This document shows positions 10,021 through 19,948 of a DNA stretch of 31,851 nucleotides, in pieces (the first letter of the stretch is position 1; every line of letters begins with the position of its first letter). Position numbers and translations under genes: made by a program. Under the pieces are notes generated by a model, which saw only the letters and a list, made by a program, of their open reading frames with translations, was not told where the DNA came from and ran no database searches. Origin of the DNA: Macrostomum lignano (taxonomy: Eukaryota); NCBI GenBank assembly GCA_002269645.1, contig NIVC01004906.1, positions 1 through 31,851 on the forward strand, given 5' to 3'.

Positions 10021-10285
10021 TTGCACGCTTGTGTCAGTGTGTATCAATCAAACTTGCACGCTTGTGTCAGTGTGTATCAATCAAACTTGCACGCTTGTGT
10101 CAGTGTGTATCAATCAAACTTGCACGCTTGTGTCAGTGCGTATCAATCAAACTTGCACGCTTGTGTCAGTGTGTATCAATCAAACTTGCACGCTTGTGTC
10201 AGTGTGTATAAATCAAACTTGCACGCTTGTGTCAGTGTGTATCAAACTTGCACGCTTGTGTTGTGCCAGTGTGTATCAAAAGCAC
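10021..10285. repeat. Minisatellite, 33-bp unit, about 8 copies
   Basis: Unit TTGCACGCTTGTGTCAGTGTGTATCAATCAAAC. Confidence 0.95.
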
Positions 10286-10395
10286 TGACAATAGATTTTA
10301 AATTTTTATGAGCATATGTCGTGCGCGCTTTATAAGGCATCCCGTTATTGACATGTTTGTAACCCAATCCGACTTCATTGCCAGTTGATCATAGA

Positions 10396-11771
10396 TTATA
10401 AATCGGCTAATTCAAAACTGGCGCCAGCGGAGAGGCCGAAGAATTGCGATTTATCACCACCAATGTTATTATTATTATCGAAAAAGGAGTCGCCCAAAAT
10501 AGCTGGCACACTGCCAAGAGAGGAGGCACCAGCTGAAGAGTTTAAATTATCGTATTCGCTGCTCGGTTGGCAGACGCTCAATTCGACTAAGGAAAAGTCT
10601 GCCGCCTCACCCTGCTGGCAGGTGGGATACTGCGGCTCAATCTCGGCTGAAGGTTGAATAATTGTTTCAGCATTAGTTAGTTGCTGATTCGGCAACCACA
10701 CCTGTCGCCTATCAGCCTGTTGTTCGCCAGTCAAAAACATTGACTGTTCGTTAAAGAATACTTGCTGCTGGCTCAACTGTTCAGATCCATAGTAGCCAGC
10801 CACTAAACTGAACTTTGACTGGTGCCGTAACCCGAATCGAGGCGGGCATCTATCTGGCATTGTTTCAGGTACTGCTGAGCCTGCTCCTCCTGCTGCTGCT
10901 GAGACGGCTGTGGCGATGGCTTAACCAGTAGTATTTCAGACGATCGATTAGCGTTAGTATTGAAATCTGGTTTCCAATCGTCTGTGCAAACAAAATTAGA
11001 TTGCTGATGAGGATGATGACGGCCCGGCTGACTAGCAGCGCCAGAATTATAGCTAGGCTGCTGATAAGTCACCGACTGCAGATTCAGCATTGAACAACTG
11101 GAGGACTGTTCGTTAGTAGTTAAGAATCCTGCCTGCTCGCAAGATACCAACAGTACGGGAAATTGTCCAATGATGTAATACTCCTGCTGTTGAAGTGGTG
11201 CGCAGCTACTCTCTGCAGCAGTTTCTTTAACTAATTGGCAATCCGGACTAATAGCAGCGCTACACAATTCTTGATCGGCACTGTCGGTTAAATCAATCAC
11301 TGATTGGTTCAAGTCAATATTGGCACAGTCTTCGTCAACATGCTCAGCCTCGCCTTCAGCTGAATTAAAAGCGATATTGCCGCCTAGCTCTGATCGCCAA
11401 GTTCCTGAACTATAATTAACAAAATGCAACCGACGCCCACGACCTCTGCCGGAACTTTTGGTGAACCAGTAGCTACCATTGACACCACTATTAGCTGATT
11501 GCTCCGGTGACTCAAACTCTAAACGTGACGTCAGGGCGCTGTACACAACAGGCGAAGGTGACGGTGTTGACAAAGCTGCACTATAATTCAAGCTTCTAGG
11601 GGTGACAGTGGAAGTTTTACTACCGCGACCTCCACGATGGCCACCTCGAGTGCTGCTGCCTTTGCTGGCAGGACTAGCTAGCATCATTTCTAGCCTAGGC
11701 AATGGTGCTGCATTGAACTGACTATCAACGGAAGATGCCCAGCTATAGTCTAGCTCCATTTCAGAAAACAT
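10396..11771 (-). CDS. Uncharacterised Ser/Gln/Asn-rich, probably disordered protein (about 455 aa if one frameshift at about 10815 is corrected)
   Basis: ATG at 11771, 322-codon ORF; an overlapping 154-codon ORF of the same composition continues to TAA at 10398-10396. One extra base in the TTT run at 10814-10816 joins them. Acceptor-like TTTGCAG 46 nt upstream of the ATG. No family recognised. Confidence 0.6.
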
Positions 11772-14559
11772 ACTGCCGCGTATGCCTCTAATTAAGTGTC
11801 AGATAGACAGACAAGGCTGCAAATGATGTAACATAACAAGTTTTTAAAGCTTTTTTGAATAGATTTGCATGAATAATTTTTGCTCCTTGCTTATTGGGCG
11901 CCCCGAAGGGGGAACTAGATTGCAGGTTAGCTACTATACTTAAAATGAGTAAAATCAGCAATATTGTAAATTAAAATAGCCAACACAAATGCATAATTTT
12001 AGCAACACATAGGGCCTATACATCTTACACTATTGTTACTATAACTTTTTAAAAGTACTTTATACTAGTTATTAAATTTATCGCAAGCTTGAAATAAATA
12101 TGATAGTTCGCAGTGTTTCCTATAGCCAGCATTAGCAACCTAGCAACTAGAGTATGGTATATTAATCACTTGTTTTAGGCTTTTGAGAACCACATTTAGC
12201 TCTTCTTTAGCAAGCCAGACAGAAAATGGCAGGCTTAAACTGCCATTGTCTATTAACACTTTTTTTTGCTGCCATGCTTTCCACCAATAGCTTTTGTTTC
12301 ATATTCCAACTACAATTGTTAGTGCTGATAGACTATTTTGTGATTGACTTGCAAATGCTAGATCTTAGCCCCCAGACCACAGCCACCTGCCCCTCCTCTC
12401 TAGTTTGTGAGTGTCTATGTATAAGAGCTCATTAGCTTTTGCATGTTTATCTCGAATTGTTCATCCTATGGCCAGATTGTCTAGCATTGCCCATTGGAAA
12501 TCTACTTGAACTTGGTGCTATATTTTAATTTGCCTTGGCTTACTATAATCATTTGTCTCCATTTTGTGTACTACTTACTATTTTCGTCTCCATCGCTATC
12601 ATTCTAGCTTTTTCTGCCCATTATGTTATTTGTGCCTGCAACTTTTTCCTATATATTATTGCCCTTTTGTTCTACTTCCTAGCCTAGTGCAATTCTCTGC
12701 TCTTATTGATTTAATTTGTATGAGTAACTTAAGTTATTATGTTACTTACTTAGTACTCTTGTTACCTAAGTAGTAAAAGTAGGCTTTTTGCAATTAGAGT
12801 TTGATGATTTTCTCAATTTGAAGATTTTAAACAGGTCAAAGAATGTTGGCAAGCATTTTCTCATTTATACAAGATACCATCTGTATAGACTCCCATTTTT
12901 CTCAAAATAACATAAGATCCTACTTAAAATAATATATAAAAACCTCAATTCATATTGGTTGGGTCTACAATGTTTGCTGATGTTTGCTAGCCAGACATTT
13001 GCCAGTTGGACATTTGCAAGTGGCAATTAGTTACAGAATTATGCCCTCTTAGGCTTATATGTACTTGCCTTTGACAACTGCAGACATAACACTAATCTAA
13101 TACCACATTCTCTCTACTATTGCTAATAAATTAAAATATACAGGTTGCTAGCAAACTAATACTTACTAGAATGCTCTTTGTCTTCTTGATATTTTGGGTA
13201 TATTTTAGTAATAGGTACCAAAGCAACTATTATAACCAAAACTGTCTAAACTAGTAATAACAAAAGATAGTAAGGTTTGCTAGCTAACAAAAAGTCAATC
13301 AGTGAAAAATTTTGATACTGAAATATTTGCAATTTAGTGGTTTGAAAAAAAAACTATTTTAGTCTACCTTTGATGGTTTATGATGCATAAAAGTTCTAAA
13401 ACAAAATTTAGATAAATTATGCAGTCAACTAGTCTAACATCTAGCATCTAGTTTAACAAAGATTTCTTTGAATGATAAAATATTACAAAGTTTACTTCTG
13501 ACAGTTTTGTATGGCTTTTCCCAGTTTAAGCGCAAAAGAAGATATACCAATTACAAGGGAAATCTCTAGCAAGCCAAGTTTTGAAGCAAATAAAAGAGCT
13601 TGCTAAATGGTAATCTTGGCTTATAGATCAATATTTCTTAGTTCATTAGGAAATCCAAAAGTACATAAATAATTATAATGCAGCTTGTCAAGTGCATGCT
13701 ATCATGCTATCATGGCCAAACTTCATTAAGCAGAGTTTAAAACTGAACAAATTTTCAAAATAGCTTTTAGACACTTTAGATAAGTAAACATTACAAGTTA
13801 TCTGATTGGTTGTTATTTTTGTCTTTTGATTAAAAAGGCTTGATTTTGGCGTAAGTGTATGTACTAGCCTGTACTCATTGTTTAGTGTACATAATATTTG
13901 CCTATTTCTGTATGCATAATAATATTGATAAATAATTTTGTATAGTTCTTACTATGATTTACATGCAAAAAATAGTTAAATAGTAGCCACATTAAACTTA
14001 AGCAAAAATAAAAAACCATTTTATTTTTGTTTTACTACATAAAACATTGGCAATAATTACTTTTTGTTATAAATGCATCCCTAGGACCCTATATATAAGC
14101 AAATTTCACCCCAAATAAATCAGTTTTTTTGTTCTTACCCAAAACTTGCATTCACATTCTCAGACCTTTAAAAATCTTTGGAAAGGAGTTATCAAGTTAG
14201 TTATTCAGTTATAATTTCAAAGTGCTAAGAAATATACTTAAGACATATAAGCATCCCCTGTGACAAATTGGTGGCATAACAGTAGAATTTATAAAGACAA
14301 AGGAAAACACCCCATTACAACTTGGTGTCAACAATGGGAATTTTAATAGAGAAGTTACCCCTGCAACATAAGAAGATGTTATATACCTTTACAAACATGC
14401 AAGCTAAGGCTGCTTCAACCTAGCATTTACTAGCAAATATCATTGCAGATCATGTTAGCTAAGCTGCCTAAAGCTGCTAGGGTTGCACTGCAAAAAAGGC
14501 ATCAATGAAAATGATCCAAAATGTAAAAAAACTACTTCGAAAGTGCCTGTTTAGCTAAA

Positions 14560-15400
14560 CAATCTAATAGACCCAGTGATTCCACCTGAATTTCATGAGC
14601 ACATGGGTCAATCATTTTTATTCTTTGACTCTAAGCTAGGTATTAATTGAATTCTAGTATTTAGATACCAAGAAAATTTGTAGGCTCTACTAGAGGCAAT
14701 CAACTTCTACTTAGATGGCACCTTTGATGCTTTGCTAACACTTTTTGCACAATTGCTAGCTATACATGTGGAGCATCATAGGTTTGTTTAGCCACTTATC
14801 TTTCCTTGCTCCCTGGCAAAACCTAAGACAGTTCCTACCATTTCTTGAGGTCCCACATCAACTAGCACCAAACATTCAGCATTTTTATACGAGATTTTGA
14901 TTTGAAAAAGTCCAGATAACTGCCATTTGGTAGATTTTCAACCTGGAACCAACAAGTTGTCTAATTTCATTTGGGCCAATACATCTATTACAAGGCCATG
15001 TCTAGTAGTCTTAAACAAAAATTAGAACAGGTTGATAGTTTTAACTGTCCTTGTGGCTACACAGCCTGATTGCTTTAGCATTTTTACTTATTGGAGCAAT
15101 CATAGCCTCATTTGAGACATTTGTTGCACTTCCTTATTTTTTTACTTAGTTACAACTAATTCCTTTTTTTGAAAACATTTAGATTGGCAAAATACTTTAA
15201 GATGGAAATAAGTGGCTACCAATTTTCTCATTTCTATCTAGAATATATGGCAGAGGACTCTAGATAGCCAACACTGAGCCAATAACTCAGTTGAGGCTTA
15301 GTACCAACATTTTCAATCAGTTGCTACAATGCTTAAATCCAAATATTTTTTTTAATTGCTTCTGTGTCTGATGGAGTAAGATTACCAAAACTGGCAAATC
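14560..15400 (+). mobile_element. Decayed MULE (Mutator-like) DDE transposase relic
   Basis: Manual translation gives IPPEF...FLFFDS...N*ILVF...NL*AL...FYLDGTFD...LFAQLLAIH...PLIF, FHLGQ, FENI*IG, *ANNSVEA*YQHF and PNIF, matching MULE motifs (DGTF, CxFH, WIG, RTNNxxEAWH). Many stops and frameshifts; DGTF begins at 14714. Confidence 0.85.
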
Positions 15401-16581
15401 CAACTTAATATCAATTACAAGTACTATGCAACTTTTGTGCCATTGCCAACTAACTAGTTGTGAAATATATTATTGTTTTCATATTGACTTTAATGTTAAG
15501 ATACTTTGGGTATTAATTTAAATAGTTTTGATTACATGATAACAACAAAGGGATCACAATGACAGGGATCCCAATCTAATCAATCAGTTTCAATTTTAAT
15601 CAATCTATTTCAATAAAAAAATTTAATTAATTAATTATTTATACAAAAAATTAAAATGTTATTGTTTTTATTTTGTTTACAAACAAAATAAGTATATTTT
15701 ACTTCTATATACTTTGTTATACTATATATGAATTGGGCCCTATATGAGCTATACAACTATAATAAACTTGTTAACACAGTTGACAAATAAAAAGTTAACT
15801 AGTTTACCCAGATCTACTACCAAAGTGTCTAATTGCTATAACTGCCAATTGCAATAATTGCTAATGTCTTGTTACCAAAGTGAATAATAGTAATAGCTAT
15901 ATAGAAATAGAAGTATCTACACTTTTTGGTCCCTATGCTTTTTGGTGCCTAAATTATATAAATTAGAATTGAACACAAAAATATAGAAATTGAACCCTAA
16001 TTTAACAATAAGTGCTATGTCTTGGCAATACTTGTTAACTTTAAAAAATTAAGTTTATTATTCAGTTTGTTAAGCTGAACTAGTTTTTAAATAAAAAAAT
16101 GGTTTAGTTTCATTTAATTTTTTCTCTTGATTTGATTTTTCAAGAAATAAAAAACTAAGATTATGTGATTCAAGAAATCAATACAAAAATAGACTAGTCA
16201 TATAGATTTCAATCAAAACTGATTTATAGCATTGACAAGCATTTCGCTACCCATTAACACGCACGCGGGATGCGTGCTATTGTCCATAGAAAAAAAACAT
16301 TAGTTTAACGAGTTTTTAGATGACCCAAAAATTAATTATTAGATGATTAATTTTTTATTTATACGGTTTATAATTGTAAATTATAGACAACAACTACTTA
16401 TAGCATGAAAATGAGGGGGAAATGTCTAAAGCCATAGTTTCTCTCGAAGAATTAGTATTTTTGATAGATACGCCCTACTCAAACACAGTGTTAATAAAAT
16501 TGTTGTTGCCGTCAATGCAAACACGCATCTTCTTGGTCGGACGTACAGGCCTCGATATGAACTGGCCGAGGAACCGGCTCG

Positions 16582-16879
16582 TCAATTGATTGTGGGGTGG
16601 CATTGCAACTGGTGATCCGTCATCACTTGCGTGCAGACAGTAGAACTGATAGAGCCGCTCGCATTAGCAGAGAAAGACGCCTCATTGGACGGCATTGTGC
16701 TTGTGCTTGGAATATGCCGGCTTAGTGCACAGTTCACTGCCTTGGAACTCCTGAACAGACTGTGGTCCCGGCACCTGGTTAAATTACTTTTGACCGTCTT
16801 CTCACATTTCTGACCGGTAATAAGCATTATGTCTTGCAGCGAATGGCCAGCGGCGTCTAGATCGCACACTCTAGTGACT
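16582..16879 (-). pseudogene. Crypton-like recombinase last exon
   Basis: Acceptor TTCTCCCACAG|A at 16880/16879 completes the Arg of HCIR across a 113-nt phase-2 intron. VTRVCDLDAAGHSLQDIMLITGQKCEKTVKSNL resembles ATxITxLxxAGxxxxxIMxxTGHKSxxSLxxY, with His>Gln and Tyr>Asn changes. Confidence 0.7.
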
Positions 16880-16992
16880 CTGTGGGAGAATCAAAGGAAA
16901 GTAATTTTACATGAACTAGTTAAAACTATTATTTATAAATATACTATTTATATACTATTTATATACCATATCGGAAAACGAAATTTACTTAC

Positions 16993-17188
16993 CTAATACA
17001 GTGATTATTGTAGACCTTGCTTAGACCGGCCCTCGCACTAAGTTTCTTCATAAATTCTTGAAGGAATCGATATCCTCGAGTGGTCTTCTCGGAGAAACGG
17101 TACGGTTTTAAAGATTGGCCTTGGAGAGGCTTCGGAAAAAAACGATAGCGAAGCGCAGGGCCTAAACGGGTATATTTATTCAAATATA
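16993..17188 (-). pseudogene. Crypton-like tyrosine recombinase (DUF3504-type) exon
   Basis: Acceptor CCCCCTCCAG|TA at 17189/17188 and donor AG|GTAAGT at 16993/16992. YLNKY...RFFPKPL...FMKKLSARAGLSKVYNNHCIR fits the Crypton consensus MKxISxxAGLSKxYTNHSIR. Confidence 0.75.
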
Positions 17189-17391
17189 CTGGAGGGGGTG
17201 TAAGATAAGACAGGGGGTGGGGTGGAGTCCGCAACCAAGGAAAGAGGCGAGAACTGAGAGCCAATCAGAAGGCAGCGAGGGAGAGAGATAAATGACATAA
17301 CAAAATTGAACTAGACAGATTCTACTGAGACTGCATTGTCTTTCTCGATCATAAACAACTAGCCTATTTGGAAACACTAGTCAATGCACTT

Positions 17392-17484
17392 TTCTGCAGT
17401 CGGGATGCATGATATTGGAATAACACGACTTGCGCCTACTGGCGCTCGCGTGTTATACCGATATCATGCATCCCGACTGCAGAA
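17392..17484. repeat. 93-nt inverted repeat (hairpin) with perfect 24-bp outer arms
   Basis: TTCTGCAGTCGGGATGCATGATAT (17392-17415) is the exact reverse complement of 17461-17484; inner arms ATAACACG/CGTGTTAT and GCGCC-TACT-GGCGC. Confidence 0.95.
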
Positions 17485-18025
17485 GAATATACCAATATTG
17501 ACAGATTATAATCTTTACATAACTAAGTTTTTATAATTTATAGTATACCTTGCTTGGTATAGCCTTCTATTTGTATATATAAGACATGGCAAATGCATGC
17601 AATTAAATTGATCAAATTTTTCAAAATTTAAAAAATATGCTAGTTTAACAAAATGAATACTGCTTTTATCAGGAAATTTAAACATTTTGTAAATTATTAA
17701 TTATATTTATTGTAGGATTACTTTTTTATTATTATTTTGGCATCACTAACTTTGAGGCAATAATGCAATTGAGGCAAGAAGCAGAAGAAAGCTGGGCACC
17801 AAAAAGCATAGAAACCTAAATAGATAATATAGTATCTTACTATTTATTAAGGCCATAGATAAGCTATAGGCCTACCTATTTATGTTAGCCTAGCCTAGGT
17901 AATATAAAAATAGTGATTAAAATAGGCCTAAGCATAAAAATCCATGGGCAAAACATATAACAATAGTATAGGCCTAGTTCTTCAGTGAGGGTCTTTTGAC
18001 TTGCTAAGATAGGCGGCCTACATAG

Positions 18026-18917
18026 TGTAGAAGGGCCTATGTTTAAATTAGTATTTTCCCACAAAATCAAATTCCCACCAAAATAACAAATACCGTATAA
18101 TTTGTTTTAATTCACAAATTTGTTTTATTGAATAATTTTTGTTTTAGCGAAGTGAATAAATTTGTTTTAATGTTGTAGCACAAACCAATAAAGAAAGACT
18201 TTGACTAGTATAAATATAAGGTATACTAAGGTATACTAAATATAATATAAGGTATACTATAAATATATTAACAGGAAATTAAGATTTGGTTCTTCTGAAT
18301 TAGTCCTCTGAAGCAGTATTGCAGACTAAGTTACAGTGTTGGATAGCAAAGAGCATTTTGCCAGTACAGTGATGAGCAAGGATTGCCAGTAAAGAGGGTG
18401 GAATACCCAATGTAAAGGATGGAATACCCAGTGTAGAAGGGTGGAATACCCAGTGTAGAAGGGTGGAATACCCAGTGTGAAGGTTGGATTACCCAGGAAG
18501 GGAGAATTTTCAGGTTGCTCAGATTAGCGTGATGCAGTTCTAAGTTGTGAGAGACAGTAATAAAAGAAGCTGGAAACCTCTTGGTCTGTAGTAAACGCCG
18601 TGTTTGGACTATAGAGTAGGAATTTAGCAGTAGTCAGCAGTGTTTTACCTCTTGGGCACTGAAGCTACCTAGGGTAATTTGTAGCAACAATAGCCTATAA
18701 CATAAAAAGTACATGTAAGTTTAGAAATAAGATTCTAGGAAATAGCAAATTTAGTGCATATTAGTACAGCTAAGTAGGATTAAATAGGCAGAAATAGATA
18801 TAAACCTGCAACAACTTGGTGACTAATTGGTGGGATCTCAGTAGGCAGCGATTAGGCCTATAACAACTTTGTGGCATTAGTGGGATTCTGAGAGATAGAG
18901 GAAACAGGCCTGCTACA
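18026..18917 (+). repeat. 5' LTR (892 bp)
   Basis: Aligns with 26610-27517 (about 51 substitutions plus indels by hand); TATAAATA at 18209; AATAAA near 18559; internal 22-bp repeat. Confidence 0.95.
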
Positions 18918-18920
18918 ACT

Positions 18921-18939
18921 TGGTGGCAGCGGTGGGATT
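18921..18939 (+). promoter_or_regulatory. Primer binding site complementary to the tRNA-Leu 3' end
   Basis: TGGTGGCAGCGGTGGGATT, 3 nt after the LTR. Its reverse complement AATCCCACCGCTGCCA-CCA is the 3' end of animal tRNA-Leu(AAG) as recalled. Confidence 0.9.
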
Positions 18940-19010
18940 GAGGAACCGGCAAAAATCTAGTATAGTGTTTTAAGTAATTAAAAGTACATTTTAAAAGTAC
19001 ATTAGTTAGG

Positions 19011-19948
19011 ATGGCTACAGGAATTAATGATGCAATGGCACTTTTAGCTGAGGAGATTAGGAACAAATTAGAATTAGGACCATTAAGGCATGTGAAGATA
19101 CAGAAGTTTACACCTAGCCAGGATATTAGGATTTGGCTCACTGCTTTCGACCAGAGGTGTGAAGCAGAAGGAATAGAAGTAGAGCATAGGAAGACTAAGC
19201 TATTAGCTAACCTAGATCTAGCAACAGCATTTGCTGCATTGCAAAGGCTGAATTTGCCTGATGAGCTACCCTATGAGGAGATTAAGGAACGCCTAGTAGA
19301 GAGGTTCAGTAGAATAGGTAGTGCATCAGAATTTTGAGAGGAATTTTGTGGGAGAATGCAGGGTAGGAATGAGACTGCGGAAGCCTATGCCGATGCATTG
19401 ATTGAGTTGTCCACAAGGGCTTTTCCTAATATGAACGCTGAACAGCGCGAGGAGGAAGTAGTTGAACAGTTTATTAAGGGGATAAGAATCCCAACAGACA
19501 CTAGGGAGAAGCTAATTTTTGCGCAGCCAGCTAATCTGCAGGAGGCTAGGAGAATGTTGCGTAGCATATGTCACACAAAGGAGGTGTGAAGATGGTGAAG
19601 GAGGGAGAGGATGAGCAGCAGAAGCTACAGGAGCTGGTGAGACAGCAGAAGGATGGGCTGGAATAGCAGAGGAAGAGAATTGAAGAGCTCATGGCGTATA
19701 AGCCACTGTACAAGCCAGGGCCTCAGCCATGTCCAGCTCAGATGCCGCGTCAAGCATTCTAGCAGCAGCCGCATTTCAGCCACAAATTTCAAATATGTAT
19801 CGGCCCAGGCCAAGGAATGAGTTCATAGGCAAATCATTTTGTGCTGCAGCCAGGAAAGTGTGCAGTCTGCCAGAATCCGGGACCGATAAGGCCTGGTTTT
19901 GACCATCAGTGCCGCCTGTTCCGCAATTGAGGTAATCAGGGAAACTAA
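19011..19948 (+). pseudogene. gag: gag (interrupted)
   Basis: MATG...QKFTPSQDIRIWLTAF...GRMQGRNETAEAYADAL.ELSTRAFP...VVEQFIKG. Stop at 19335, 1-nt shift at about 19588, then a Gln-rich segment with TAG stops, CAVC...HQC, and an end at NQGN-TAA (19946-19948). Confidence 0.85.
19939..19945 (+). promoter_or_regulatory. Candidate -1 ribosomal frameshift slippery heptamer G GGA AAC
   Basis: X XXY YYZ pattern immediately before the gag stop. The -1 frame is open for about 40 codons and is the same frame as PR/RT. Confidence 0.65.

Noticed and set aside
13380-13790. Decayed coding-like stretch, weakly reminiscent of an integrase
   Set aside because: Many stops, ambiguous frame and no diagnostic motif; needs a translated profile search.
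12961-15955. Possible MULE terminal repeats (GACATTTGCC repeats at about 12990-13020; ACCAAAGTG and GGCACCAAAA repeats at about 15815-15950)
   Set aside because: They look like subterminal repeats, but the two ends do not align as an inverted pair and no TSD was found.
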